Made by a program: the position numbers and the translations under genes
Notes under the pieces: generated by a model
What the model was told of the DNA's origin: nothing
Databases searched by the model: none
Seen by the model: only the letters and a program-made list of their open reading frames with translations
In this document: positions 30,910 through 41,223 of the stretch, in pieces
Layout: every line of letters begins with the position of its first letter
Position numbering within the stretch: position 1 is the stretch's first letter
Assembly (NCBI GenBank): GCA_031414775.1
Contig: JANOQI010000042.1
Span: 1 to 64,000 of the forward strand
Origin: Synechococcales cyanobacterium VAR_4_metabat_354
Lineage (GTDB): Bacteria > Cyanobacteriota > Cyanobacteriia > Cyanobacteriales > Chamaesiphonaceae
DNA: 64,000 nt
Direction of reading: 5' to 3'

Positions 30910-33654
30910 CTAATCTAGATTAGGTGCTGCTGGTGCTGAGCCACCACTTTCAGATGATCTGGTTTGAACTTTGACTTTTGGCCGCTCTTCGCTGTTGCCT
31001 TCGGAGCGCGATCTGCGGCTGGGCTGTTCTTCGCTGTTGCTTTCGGAACGTGACCTGCGGCTAGGTCTTTCTTCGTTGTTGCTTTCGGAGCGAACTCGAC
31101 GTCTGGGTCGTTCTTCCTCATTGCTACTTTCGGAGCGAACTCGACGTCTGGGTCGTTCTTCCTCATTGCTACTTTCAGAACGTGCCCGCCGTCTGGGTCG
31201 TTCTTCCTCATTACTACTTTCGGAGCGTAATCGCCGTCTGGGTCGTTCTTCCTCATTGCTGCTATCTTCTTTATTATCTCCATCCTTCGGTAAGGCTAAG
31301 GTGCGTTGCGAATTAGGACGTACTCGATCGAGCTTAATCTCCGCTTTTTGTTTATCTAGATCTGGCACCGGAAACTGCTGTACCGGCATATCTTTGACTA
31401 CCTGCGACATAAACCTTCCCCAAGCACCAGCAGCCGTACTACTGGCATTCCCAGTCGGTGAATTGTCATCATTACCCAGCCAGACCCCAGTGACCACTTG
31501 GGGTATAAAGCCCATAAACCACAGGTCTTTTTCCTTGTCGGTGGTACCAGTTTTACCTGCTACTGGCCGTGATAGTTGAGCAGCTTGCCCCGTTCCTTCG
31601 TTGACGACATTTCGCATCATTGAAGTGATGATTGCTGTGTTATTGGGTTGTAAAATGCGCTGGGGTTTGAGCTTATGCTCATACAGAACATTCCCTTCCC
31701 GGTCGAGAATCCGATTAATACTATGCACTTTTTGATGAATACCCTGAGTGGCAAAGGTGCCATAGGCATTGGTCAGCTCTAGCAGAGTTACTTCCAAACT
31801 ACCGAGAGCCAGAGAGTAGTAGGGCTGTAACTCAGACTCAATCCCCATCTTCTGGGCTAAATCCATCACGGGCTGAAACCCAGTATCAATCAAGATCTTA
31901 ATGGCCACGACGTTGATCGAGTTGGTTAAGGCTCCCCGCATACTAATCTGCCCTTTAAAGCCTTTACTGGCATTTTTAGGCTTGTATTTGCCATCGATGA
32001 TGAACGGGGCATCTAAATAGGTCTTATTAGGGCTAATGCCACCAGCGATGGCCGTGGTATACAAAATTGGCTTAAAAGTCGATCCCGGTTGGCGATGGGC
32101 TTGAGTGACTCGATTAAACTGATTTTTCTCCGAAAACTCTTTGCCACCGACCATCGCTCGAATCGCTCCACTGCGCGGATCGATCGATAGCATTGCCCCC
32201 TGATTAAAAGAACGACTGTTGTTGCGCACTGTACTTTTAATTACGTCTTCGGCCGTTGTCTGCCATTGGGGATTGAGCGTAGTTTCAACAATTAAGCCAC
32301 CAGCCTTCAAATCTTCCTTTTTCAGATATTTGCCAGTATCTAACTCTTGCTCAATATACTTAGTGAAATACCTAGCCTGCTGAAATCTTTGCTTGTGTTC
32401 TTTGCGTTGCAAGGTCATCGGAGCTGCTTGGGCAGCTGTCATTTCGGCAGCGGTAATAAAACCAGCCTCCTTCATACGCGTTAACACTAAGTTTCTTCTA
32501 TCTTTAGAAAATTTGGGGTTGACAAACGGTGAATACTTATTGGGAGAGGGCGGCATCGCTGCCAAAGTGGCCATTTGAGGCAATGTCAGCTGATTGACAT
32601 TTTTGCCAAAATAGACCCAGGCTGCATCTGCTACTCCATAGGTGCCTTCTCCCAGGTAAACTAAGTTGAGATAACGCTCCAGGATTTGATCTTTACCTAG
32701 CTCTTTTTCAATTTTTTGCGCTAATCTGACTTCCTTGATCTTGCGCAAAAAATTCTTATCTTGGTCGAGGTAGACCATCCGAGCAACCTGTTGGGTGATG
32801 CTACTAGCTCCCTCTGTTAACCCACGGGTACTAATGTTCGAGACGATTGCGCGGGTTACTCCTTTATAATCCACCCCATCATGTTCGTAAAAGCGCCGAT
32901 CTTCGATCGCAATAAAGGCTTTTTTTAGCTTGTCAGGAAACTGCCAAAGTTTAAGATTTTCGCTGGTATCCGAACCCAACTGAAGGAGATTAGTCCCATC
33001 CATTGCTTTGACGGTCAGCGTACCCGGTCTGGCAAAGTGCAACGGGCCTTTCATTGAATACTTGGCAACGCTTTGATCAACTACCAACCACAGCAAAGCT
33101 AGTGAACCCATCCCCAGTCCAGCGAGTAACGACACCCAAAATAGTGGCCGCTTTTGCAATGGACGATGGCCTTTAAAAGGCTTAGCGGCCACTTTGCCCG
33201 CCTGACCCGCCGTTGCTACTAGACCAGTGCCAGCGACAGCCGCCGCCGCCGAGGTTGCAGCAGCTATCTGGGCAAATTTTGTTTTTAGTGTTGTCGCAGT
33301 TGGTACTGGTGGGAGACTAACTTTTGCTTGATTTGGGGCACCCGGTGGGTGTTGGCTACCGATGTTCACTTCATCGCCCTGCTCAAAAGTTCCCCAGGGA
33401 TCTAGAGGAGTACTAGGCGGGTTTTGGCCACCGATGTTCACTTCATCGCCCTGCTCAAAAGTTCCCCAGGGATCTAGAGAACCACTAGGTGAGGGTGGCA
33501 CAAAGAGAGACGGCGTACCAGGGGGCTGTGAACTCTCTTCTGAGGGCAATGGCGGCGTGGACATTTGTTCTAAAGTATCTAAGTCAGAGATAATGTTCTT
33601 TTCTGATTCAGACAGTTTTGGGGATATGTTTTTAAACCTGTCGAATATATTCAA
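30910..33654 (-). CDS. Class A penicillin-binding protein (PBP1A family) with repetitive termini
   Basis: EDRRFYEH, GASSITQQ, STFK, SIN, KTG; Pro-rich N-terminus; SESSNEEERPRRR C-terminal repeats. Confidence 0.95.
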   Translation of the reverse strand: MNIFDRFKNISPKLSESEKNIISDLDTLEQMSTPPLPSEESSQPPGTPSLFVPPSPSGSLDPWGTFEQGDEVNIGGQNPPSTPLDPWGTFEQGDEVNIGSQHPPGAPNQAKVSLPPVPTATTLKTKFAQIAAATSAAAAVAGTGLVATAGQAGKVAAKPFKGHRPLQKRPLFWVSLLAGLGMGSLALLWLVVDQSVAKYSMKGPLHFARPGTLTVKAMDGTNLLQLGSDTSENLKLWQFPDKLKKAFIAIEDRRFYEHDGVDYKGVTRAIVSNISTRGLTEGASSITQQVARMVYLDQDKNFLRKIKEVRLAQKIEKELGKDQILERYLNLVYLGEGTYGVADAAWVYFGKNVNQLTLPQMATLAAMPPSPNKYSPFVNPKFSKDRRNLVLTRMKEAGFITAAEMTAAQAAPMTLQRKEHKQRFQQARYFTKYIEQELDTGKYLKKEDLKAGGLIVETTLNPQWQTTAEDVIKSTVRNNSRSFNQGAMLSIDPRSGAIRAMVGGKEFSEKNQFNRVTQAHRQPGSTFKPILYTTAIAGGISPNKTYLDAPFIIDGKYKPKNASKGFKGQISMRGALTNSINVVAIKILIDTGFQPVMDLAQKMGIESELQPYYSLALGSLEVTLLELTNAYGTFATQGIHQKVHSINRILDREGNVLYEHKLKPQRILQPNNTAIITSMMRNVVNEGTGQAAQLSRPVAGKTGTTDKEKDLWFMGFIPQVVTGVWLGNDDNSPTGNASSTAAGAWGRFMSQVVKDMPVQQFPVPDLDKQKAEIKLDRVRPNSQRTLALPKDGDNKEDSSNEEERPRRRLRSESSNEEERPRRRARSESSNEEERPRRRVRSESSNEEERPRRRVRSESNNEERPSRRSRSESNSEEQPSRRSRSEGNSEERPKVKVQTRSSESGGSAPAAPNLD
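30978..31262 (-). repeat. Coding tandem repeat, about 7 units of 36-39 nt (SESSNEEERPRRR)
   Basis: Recurrent CGTCTGGGTCGTTCTTCCTCATT core within the PBP C-terminus. Confidence 0.9.
33358..33479 (-). repeat. 72-nt period duplication with a 50-nt identical core (LDPWGTFEQGDEVNIG x2)
   Basis: 33358-33407 is identical to 33430-33479. Confidence 0.9.
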
Positions 33655-33862
33655 GACACTAATCTCCTCTGTATCGACTCAAACCAATATTGGTGCAATT
33701 GTACATCTAACCCGATCCTCTTATCCAGTCCCAAAAATTCTCTGAACTCCTTTGCTCCATAACTGTATTAATATTTAACTATCACTTAAGTCTATAGTGA
33801 TTAATGGGGTCTCGACTACATACCCTTTTTTATAGATCATCTCTCAATTTTGCCAAGATGCT

Positions 33863-35149
33863 ATGAATGAAGATTCTACCGATGTCACTTCTGATCAACT
33901 AGGGCAACTTAAACATCTAAGCGAAGTTAAGTTTACTGGGATGCTGACCATTCAAGCCTCGATTACCCAGTGGTCAATATTGTTTGATCAAGGCAAAATT
34001 GTGTGGGCGATCGACAATATTTCCCCCCATCGGTTTTGGCAACGGCAACTGCTCCGGCATTTACCCCACATCAGCCTCGATCAGTTAGCAAAAGTGCCCC
34101 AGAGTCTAAAGCCGGAAATCCAACCAGAAGTGAGTTGGCCTTATCTGGCGCTGGTACAACTGCATGTCGATGGTCAAATCGATAGTCAAAAATTGGGATC
34201 GCTGTTAGCTGATGGTGCCCAAGACGTCTTTTTCGATATTTTGCAAATTAGCCATACCGAAAAACTTACCTATCATCACAATAGCTGCCGCTGGTCTCAA
34301 GTACCACCAATCGTCATGACCTTGGATAAGTTGATAGTCACGCCTCTGCAAGAATGGCAAGAGTGGCAAAAATGGCAACTAACTGATATTTTTCCAGACC
34401 ATATTCCAATAATTGATTACCCGACTGATCTTCACCGACAAACCAGTACTGCTATTTACGATAGCCTGCAAAGAATTTTTGCACCTCCACCAGCGGCTCA
34501 GGGTATTGATGACCATTACTCCCTCCGCGAAATTGCTATTCGACAACAGCAAGATCTATTGCTGCTTGCCAGATCCTTGCGACCTCATCTCCAGCAAAAA
34601 ACAATTAGCTTGCACCCTCTGTTCCAGGATTTGCCTCAGCCTGTTCTTGCCGTACAAAAGCCTCTGGTGGCGGTAGAAGAATCCTTGGTTGAGAAAGAAG
34701 AAGTCACAATAGTAGGATCGATCGGATCTCCACCCGCTTTTCCAGCACCTGTTATTTTGCAGGGCGTAGTTGCCTATATTGATGACAATGCTCAAGCCAA
34801 TCAACATATGGCCGACATGATCACGGGCATTGGCTATCAATTTCTGGGAATTAAAGATCCCAGCGAGGCTATAGATATAATGCATCAGCAACAACCCAAT
34901 TTAATTATTATGGAAGCTGCCATGCCACTCACCAGCGGGCGGCAAATTTGTCAGCAAATCCGGCGGTCTGGCAACTTAGCAAAAGTACCAGTAATCCTGA
35001 TTGTCGATCAAGAAAATTTAGCCGAACGGATACTAGCTAAGTTAGCTGGAGCCGCCAGTACTATTACTCATCCTTTGGACTGCGATAAGGTAAGAAAGCT
35101 AATTCAGCGCTACCTAGATAATTCGCTAAGCATCAAACAGGTTAGCTAA
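33863..35149 (+). CDS. PatA-family protein (PATAN domain plus atypical receiver domain)
   Basis: FTGMLTI...WSILFDQGKIVWA PATAN signature; C-terminal REC fold (YIDD, PNLIIME, QICQQIR). Confidence 0.85.
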   Translation: MNEDSTDVTSDQLGQLKHLSEVKFTGMLTIQASITQWSILFDQGKIVWAIDNISPHRFWQRQLLRHLPHISLDQLAKVPQSLKPEIQPEVSWPYLALVQLHVDGQIDSQKLGSLLADGAQDVFFDILQISHTEKLTYHHNSCRWSQVPPIVMTLDKLIVTPLQEWQEWQKWQLTDIFPDHIPIIDYPTDLHRQTSTAIYDSLQRIFAPPPAAQGIDDHYSLREIAIRQQQDLLLLARSLRPHLQQKTISLHPLFQDLPQPVLAVQKPLVAVEESLVEKEEVTIVGSIGSPPAFPAPVILQGVVAYIDDNAQANQHMADMITGIGYQFLGIKDPSEAIDIMHQQQPNLIIMEAAMPLTSGRQICQQIRRSGNLAKVPVILIVDQENLAERILAKLAGAASTITHPLDCDKVRKLIQRYLDNSLSIKQVS

Positions 35150-35245
35150 TTAGTTTGTTTTTTAGTTAAGATGAATGTGGGGCAGATGCTAGCTGGAGAT
35201 CTTCAGACAGATTGTTATCTAACCTAAATAAATGTTTTAGGGATT

Positions 35246-35446
35246 GTGTATATGCTTTCTTTGCTTCCTTGGTTATTGCTAGTAGTGTATGGGGGCGTTG
35301 CCTGGAAATTTTGGCAGGGTTTTAACCGCACGCAATTTACCCGTAGTTTGGGAAGCCGTCTCAAATTTTCGCTTTTATGGCCAGTCTTTTTGGCGATTAG
35401 CGGCAGCTATCGGCAAAACTTTCGGCGCGCTCTGAAAGGAAATTAA
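35246..35446 (+). CDS. Small membrane protein
   Basis: Hydrophobic segments; WKFWQGFNRT and LWP...SYRQNF resemble a small cyanobacterial family. Confidence 0.7.
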   Translation: MYMLSLLPWLLLVVYGGVAWKFWQGFNRTQFTRSLGSRLKFSLLWPVFLAISGSYRQNFRRALKGN

Positions 35447-35448
35447 AC

Positions 35449-35877
35449 TTAGTTTTCCCGGCGTTTCAGACGCTTCCGTACTGGTCGTGGTGTTTCGTCA
35501 ACGACCACTTTACGCCGTTTCATAGTTGAAGATAGTGGATTTGATGAATTCTTGACTTTGGCAGCTCTTAAGCCAGGAGTGGGAACTTCCACCAACGGGA
35601 AGGTGGGAGTGTTTTGCACAGGCGTGGGTGAGCTAGTAGCTGCAGGCGTAGTCCCCGGAAATATTGGCAGAGATACACCAGGCAAAAAGGGCGATGGGCT
35701 GGGTTTTTTGATCGAGCTGGGACTTGTGGGTCTGGCTTTTTCAGTGTTGGATTGCTTAGCAAGCAACTGGGTGGTGTTGTTCGGGGCTGCTATACAACCG
35801 CTTCCCCATCCACATAACAAAAACACGATTACGCTCAGAATTGGCGAGTTTCTCATAGATAAAAGTTGAATTGGCAC
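35449..35877 (-). CDS. Pro/Ser-rich exported hypothetical protein
   Basis: Signal/lipoprotein-like N-terminus, low-complexity body, basic tail. Confidence 0.5.
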   Translation of the reverse strand: MPIQLLSMRNSPILSVIVFLLCGWGSGCIAAPNNTTQLLAKQSNTEKARPTSPSSIKKPSPSPFLPGVSLPIFPGTTPAATSSPTPVQNTPTFPLVEVPTPGLRAAKVKNSSNPLSSTMKRRKVVVDETPRPVRKRLKRREN

Positions 35878-36031
35878 AAACGCTGACTCACTATGTTATC
35901 ACTAGCACTGAGGTGATTTATTCTTCAGCGAATTTTTTTAATGTTTGGTGATAGCTAGAAGAGAGGGGAGTCCTATTTCTAGAAATATCGGCTTACAATT
36001 AAGAAGATAGTCTTACGGTTGTCTAAAACCT

Positions 36032-37204
36032 ATGTCTAATTCTGATAAACCAAAAATTTTGGTGCGGCCTCTTCAGTACCGAGATCTGGAAAGCCTTAAC
36101 TTGTTTGAGGATGGAGCTTGGGATGAACACCCGCAGCTGAAGCAAGCATTGCACCAAATAGATCGGTGGTATGGGGCGATCGAATTAGTCCGCAGTATTC
36201 CCCATCCTTATCACTACCGGCATGGCTTTTTGGTGGCTGAAGTGGATCGACAGATTCAAGGAATTATGCAGGTTGCTCCCTTCAACTGCACTCGGAGTAC
36301 TTGGCAAGTTAAACATGTTTGGGTGAATAGACAGATTAAGGTCGCAGAGAACTTAGAGGATACGACCGTTTTGACGGCGATGGATTGTGGGTCCCAGCTG
36401 CTGCGGTACTGCTTTGAAAAAATTGTGGAAGCCAGTAATTGGTTGCTGGAAGTAGATGTTAATGATAAAGCGGCGCTGGGACTATATCGGCATAATGGTT
36501 TCCAGCCCCTGGCTCAGCTGACCTATTGGGAAGTTGCGCCGGAGATTTTGCAAGAACTGAGTGTGAATGTCCCCGATTTGCCCAACCTGTTGCCAGTCCG
36601 CAATAATGATGCCCAATTGTTGTATCAATTGGATACGGTGGCGATGCCGCCCTTGCTACGGCAGGTGTTCGATCGACAGATCCACGATTTTAAAATTGAT
36701 GTCATCCAAAAAGTCGTCACAGGTGTGCGTACTTACTTTAATCACTGTCGTGAAGCCCGCCAGTATGTTTTTGAGAGTCAGCGCAAGGCCGCGATCGGTT
36801 ACTATCATCTGAATTTGAGCTTAGAGGCCGCAGTGCATACGGCTGAACTTACCGTCCATCCAGCCTATACTTGGCTATATCCAGAGTTGATGGCACAAAT
36901 GGCTCAGGTTTGCCAAGCCAGCAGTCCACAGCGAGCATTGCAACTAGTCTCTGCCGACTATCAACCGGAGCGGGAAGAATACTTGCAACGGATTGGCGCG
37001 CAACGGACAAAGCACAGTTTGTTAATGTCCCGGTCAGTCTGGCACAAAGTGCGTGAAGCCAAACATATATCATTAGAAGGACTCCAGCTTTCCGATGTGC
37101 TGTCTGGATTACAGCCGGTGCGTAATCCGATTCCCAGTCGCTGGGAGAGTTCGACCGGGAAGGACAAATTTGTTCTTCCCTGCGATGGTGGTGCCGAAGA
37201 TTAA
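36032..37204 (+). CDS. Tandem-domain GNAT N-acetyltransferase
   Basis: VRPLQYRDL, ALGLYRHNGFQPLA, LLMSRSVWHK. Confidence 0.88.
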   Translation: MSNSDKPKILVRPLQYRDLESLNLFEDGAWDEHPQLKQALHQIDRWYGAIELVRSIPHPYHYRHGFLVAEVDRQIQGIMQVAPFNCTRSTWQVKHVWVNRQIKVAENLEDTTVLTAMDCGSQLLRYCFEKIVEASNWLLEVDVNDKAALGLYRHNGFQPLAQLTYWEVAPEILQELSVNVPDLPNLLPVRNNDAQLLYQLDTVAMPPLLRQVFDRQIHDFKIDVIQKVVTGVRTYFNHCREARQYVFESQRKAAIGYYHLNLSLEAAVHTAELTVHPAYTWLYPELMAQMAQVCQASSPQRALQLVSADYQPEREEYLQRIGAQRTKHSLLMSRSVWHKVREAKHISLEGLQLSDVLSGLQPVRNPIPSRWESSTGKDKFVLPCDGGAED

Positions 37205-38409
37205 GGATTTTCCTCTTCACCTCTGAGACTAAAGGCCGTTGGTCGTACCACCACCCCCACTTCTTTCTGATTGCGGCGAACTTGTAGCGGTAGTTCTGAA
37301 CCGACTCGCGCTGTTTCCACGGCGCTTTGTACGTCACCGGCACTAATCACTTTTTGATTATTGACGGAGATGATAATATCACCAGCTTTAATGCCTGCTT
37401 GGGCTGCGGGTGAATTTTTGATTACTCTCGCGATCAATACGCCCTGATTGATATCGATCGATAGCTCGGCGTTCGACTCGGCATTGATCTGCTTGCGCAG
37501 TTGTTCCGTGAGCGTGACCATTTGCACACCCAAGAAAGGATGCTCTACTTTACCCTGGGTGGCTAACTGGTTAGCAATCCGCTGCACCTGATTAATCGGA
37601 ATCGCAAATCCCAAACCTTGGGCATTTTTGAGAATGGCGGTGTTCATGCCAATGACTTGGCCACCCGCATTTAAGAGTGGTCCACCAGAGTTACCAGGAT
37701 TAATCGCCGCGTCGGTTTGAATATAATTGACCCGTTTTTGGGGATCCCCCACCTGGCTACTGGAACGACCAGTGGCACTGACGATGCCAGCTGTCACCGT
37801 ATTGTCTAAGCCCAAGGGATTACCGATCGCAATCGCCCATTCCCCTGGCTTAATCTGTTCCGAGTTCCCCAATTTGACCGTGGGTAAATTCTTGCTATTA
37901 ACTTTGACAACTGCTACATCAGTAATGGTGTCAATGCCCATCACCTTGCCTTCTAATATCCGGTTATCTTTGAGGGTCACACTCACTTTATCGGCACCCT
38001 TTACCACATGGGCATTAGTAATAATTAGCCCATCAGCATTAATGATGAACCCTGAGCCAGTGCCCTGTTGAACTTCTCGATCGCCTCCTTCTGGGTTCTC
38101 CCCCAAAAAGCGCTGAAAGTCTCGGAATTCATCTGGAATGCGGCTCAATTTAGCAGTTCTGGACGTATTGATGCGCACCACTGCTGGCCCTACTTTATCC
38201 ACAACGGCGGTAATAAAATTACTATTGGCCGAGGAATTACCCACTGGTGGAGCCGCGCTGGCATTGAGCATGGGCGCGTCTTGCTTAGCTGCCAAGTAAC
38301 CGATCGAAGAACTGGCTAAGGCACTTAGTAATAGCAGCGACCAGTAGTTACGCCGCTTGAGTGGGGTTGCTGACACATCAGCATCTAATTTATTTTGGGG
38401 CTTTAGCAT
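37201..38409 (-). CDS. HhoA/HhoB/HtrA-family serine protease with PDZ domain
   Basis: TNAHV, TDVAV and GNSGGPL catalytic triad; PDZ (SPAAQAGIKAGD). Confidence 0.96.
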   Translation of the reverse strand: MLKPQNKLDADVSATPLKRRNYWSLLLLSALASSSIGYLAAKQDAPMLNASAAPPVGNSSANSNFITAVVDKVGPAVVRINTSRTAKLSRIPDEFRDFQRFLGENPEGGDREVQQGTGSGFIINADGLIITNAHVVKGADKVSVTLKDNRILEGKVMGIDTITDVAVVKVNSKNLPTVKLGNSEQIKPGEWAIAIGNPLGLDNTVTAGIVSATGRSSSQVGDPQKRVNYIQTDAAINPGNSGGPLLNAGGQVIGMNTAILKNAQGLGFAIPINQVQRIANQLATQGKVEHPFLGVQMVTLTEQLRKQINAESNAELSIDINQGVLIARVIKNSPAAQAGIKAGDIIISVNNQKVISAGDVQSAVETARVGSELPLQVRRNQKEVGVVVRPTAFSLRGEEENP

Positions 38410-38602
38410 AAACGTTGTCCTCAAGACCGGCAATAACAATAATGTGCTCAACAATGTTTGAAAATTGCGCAGCACCCAGTAATAGATGCTTACGCGACAA
38501 TCACTAAATCTATTCTCGATAAGTTCCTTTGACGGTCAGACCTGATTTTTTGTTGCTGACCACCGCTAAACTACCGCTGTTTGTTATAATCAACATCGAA
38601 CT

Positions 38603-38689
38603 GGAGAAGTGGCAGAGCGGTTGAATGCGGCTGACTCGAAATCAGCTTTAGGGTCACACCTAACGGAGGTTCGAATCCTCTCTTCTCCG
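38603..38689 (+). tRNA. trnS: tRNA-Ser(CGA)
   Basis: Acceptor GGAGAAG/CTTCTCC, anticodon arm GCTGA-CTCGAAA-TCAGC, long variable arm, GGTTCGAATCC T-arm; TGnTATAAT at 38582-38590; CCA not encoded. Confidence 0.96.
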
Positions 38690-38692
38690 TAC

Positions 38693-38869
38693 CTATTTGG
38701 TAATACCCCGAATCACGTAACCAGCGACCAGACCGATTGTCGCTGCACCAGCTTGCCCAGACTTCATGAAATTCTCAAAAGCCTGTTGGATATTGGCCAA
38801 TATGTCGGTTTTCAGATATTCGGGAGCTACTTGCATCAACATCGAGTTTAAGTAAACATTGAGCCACAT
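38693..38869 (-). CDS. 58-aa small membrane protein missed by the ORF track
   Basis: MWLNVYLNSMLMQVAPEYLKTDILANIQQAFENFMKSGQAGAATIGLVAGYVIRGITK*; GAGG SD upstream; amphipathic helix followed by a GxxxG-containing TM segment. Confidence 0.7.
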   Translation of the reverse strand: MWLNVYLNSMLMQVAPEYLKTDILANIQQAFENFMKSGQAGAATIGLVAGYVIRGITK

Positions 38870-38949
38870 ATATAGTTACCTCATTATATAAAGCTAGCTT
38901 CCTTATAGTTCCCCAAACTAACTGTAGTTCAACTATCAATTAACAATTA

Positions 38950-39867
38950 ATGATGAATTGGGAAAAAGACAACTGGTTCAGGATCGCCCTGAAAGCCAAA
39001 GGATCGGTGATTCCATCGATCGCTGGGCGAGTTTTGGGTTGCGCTCTATTTGGAGTCTTGGTCTCGATCCTGTTTTATTACCGGCTGCCGGTCTATCACA
39101 AATCTTTAGCTAACACCATTCCCGCTGTCGTATTAGGCTTGTTGCTAGTTTTTAGGACTAACACCGCCTATGACCGCTTTTGGGAAGGTCGGAAGGCTTG
39201 GGGTGCCATTAATAACAATGTGCGGAACCTAGCTCGTTCCCTGTGGTTGGCCGTAGAAGAAAAACATCCCCATGACTACCCGCGCAAAGTTGCGGTGTTG
39301 CGGTTGTTACCAGCCTTTGCGATCGCCACTAAATTACATTTGCGTTCCCAAGACCTGAATTCAGAATTAGCCGCTGAGTTATCGTCAGAGCAGTTTGCTC
39401 AGCTGGAGAAAGTCCAACATCCGGCGCTTCAAATCGCCTTTTGGTTGAGTGATTACCTGCAATCAGAACAACGACGGGGACATCTGAATATCTTTCAAAT
39501 GAACGAGCTGCAAAAATCAATCAATAATTTGGTGGATATGCTGGGTACTTGTGAACGGATTTTGCGCACTCCGATGCCGCTGGCTTATTCTATTCATTTG
39601 AAGCAGCTCTTACTCATTTATTGTCTGTTGATGCCTTTTCAATTTGTGGGGGAGTTGGGTTGGTGGACAGGCTTTATTGTGGGGTTAGTCAGCTTTACGC
39701 TGTTGGGCATTGAAGCAATCGGCGTAGAAATTGAAAATCCTTTTGGCAACGACCCTAACGATCTGCCCCTCGACAATATTTGTATCAATATCCAGCAGAT
39801 GGTCGAAGATGTAGTTAGCTATGCTGGTCATCCCAGTGCTATTGAGCTGGATTTAGATGTGAATTAG
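38950..39867 (+). CDS. Bestrophin-family (YneE) ion channel
   Basis: LLLVFRTNTAYDRFWEGRKAWG, CERILRTPMP, EIENPFGND. Confidence 0.93.
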   Translation: MMNWEKDNWFRIALKAKGSVIPSIAGRVLGCALFGVLVSILFYYRLPVYHKSLANTIPAVVLGLLLVFRTNTAYDRFWEGRKAWGAINNNVRNLARSLWLAVEEKHPHDYPRKVAVLRLLPAFAIATKLHLRSQDLNSELAAELSSEQFAQLEKVQHPALQIAFWLSDYLQSEQRRGHLNIFQMNELQKSINNLVDMLGTCERILRTPMPLAYSIHLKQLLLIYCLLMPFQFVGELGWWTGFIVGLVSFTLLGIEAIGVEIENPFGNDPNDLPLDNICINIQQMVEDVVSYAGHPSAIELDLDVN

Positions 39868-39972
39868 CAGTAAATTCAATCAGTCCCATTAAAAAATTGA
39901 ATATATGTCTGGGTCTAAGCATATGGTAGGTTTATCTTGGGATCAGAATTTTGAGGACTGGAGAACAACCCT

Positions 39973-40614
39973 TTGGGAATAGAATTGCGTAGTTTTGTCT
40001 TTTTAGACAATCTGCAACCACAGCACGCCGCATATATGGGAACTGTTGCCCAAGGATTTTTGCCTTTGCCTGGGGATAGCTCACTCTGGATTGAGATTTC
40101 ACCAGGGATTGAGATCAATAAAATTACCGATATTGCACTCAAATCTGCTTCGGTCAAGCCCGGAGTCCAGATTGTGGAGCGGTTGTATGGATTGCTAGAA
40201 ATTCACTCCAGCTCTCAGGGCGAAACTAAGGCCGCCGGGCGGGCAATTTTGGATTATTTAGGCGTTAAAAAAAACGAAGGAATTAAGCCTCGGGTGGTTT
40301 CCAGTCAGATTATCCGGAATATTGATGCCTATCAAACCCAATTGATTAATCGGATGCGGCGTGGTCATATGCTATTGGCTGGGCAAACGCTCTATGTTTT
40401 AGAGGTAGAGCCAGCTGCTTACGCCGCGTTAGCTGCCAACGAAGCTGAAAAATCAGCGTCCATTAATATCCTAGAAGTGCAGGCGGTGGGAAGTTTTGGT
40501 CGCTTATATTTAGGTGGCTATGAACGAGATATTTTGGCGGGAGCCGCTGGGGCTTTAGCGGCGATCGAAGGGGTAGCTGGCCGGGACAAATCTCGGCATC
40601 AGCGCTTGGAGTAA
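39973..40614 (+). CDS. ccmP: Tandem BMC-domain carboxysome shell protein CcmP
   Basis: TTG start; [41 protein letters not shown]. Confidence 0.88.
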   Translation: MGIELRSFVFLDNLQPQHAAYMGTVAQGFLPLPGDSSLWIEISPGIEINKITDIALKSASVKPGVQIVERLYGLLEIHSSSQGETKAAGRAILDYLGVKKNEGIKPRVVSSQIIRNIDAYQTQLINRMRRGHMLLAGQTLYVLEVEPAAYAALAANEAEKSASINILEVQAVGSFGRLYLGGYERDILAGAAGALAAIEGVAGRDKSRHQRLE

Positions 40615-40619
40615 AGTAA

Positions 40620-41222
40620 ATGATTGATGCTGCGGCTTTTGCGGGTAAAGATTTACGCGATCGAGATTTCGCCTTGGCCGATTTGTCAGGAGTGGTGTTC
40701 GATCGATCGGATTTAAGCGGCGTTAATTTAGTGGGAGCCAATCTGCGCGGAGCCAGTTTCCAGGGCGCTGCGCTCACTGGTGCCAATTTGGTGGGAGCAG
40801 ATCTGAACGGGGCTAATTTGCACCAGGCCGATCTAGGGGACGCTCATCTGCACCGGGCTAATCTCTGTTTTGCAAACCTGCGAGCTACTAATTTAATTGG
40901 AGCGGACTTGAATATGGCCAAGCTGTTTGAAGCTGAAGCCCAAGGAGCCTATTGCTACTGTGCCGATTTGAGCTACGCTGACCTGACCCAAGCGCATTTA
41001 GCTGGAGCTTATTTGGTTCGATCGAACCTTAGTTATGCCAATCTCCAAAATGCTGATTTACGCTGGTCTAATCTGCATAATGCCAACTTAGCTGCCGCCA
41101 ATGTGCGGCAGACGCAGTTTAACTATGCCCAGTACCTTCAGCAGTCTCAGCTGGCAGCGGCACAATATTGGCAAGAGGCCAGCTACGATTTATTTAATAT
41201 GGGCGCAAGCAGTTCAGCTTAA
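40620..41222 (+). CDS. Pentapeptide repeat protein
   Basis: A(D/N)LXX repeats throughout. Confidence 0.93.
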   Translation: MIDAAAFAGKDLRDRDFALADLSGVVFDRSDLSGVNLVGANLRGASFQGAALTGANLVGADLNGANLHQADLGDAHLHRANLCFANLRATNLIGADLNMAKLFEAEAQGAYCYCADLSYADLTQAHLAGAYLVRSNLSYANLQNADLRWSNLHNANLAAANVRQTQFNYAQYLQQSQLAAAQYWQEASYDLFNMGASSSA

Positions 41223-41223
41223 T

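Noticed and set aside
30978..31262. Regularly spaced repeats suggesting a CRISPR array
   Set aside because: Units are in-frame coding repeats with no unique spacers, and there are no cas genes
38609..38851. 80-aa ORF in the track
   Set aside because: Overlaps tRNA-Ser and is antisense to a better-supported small gene
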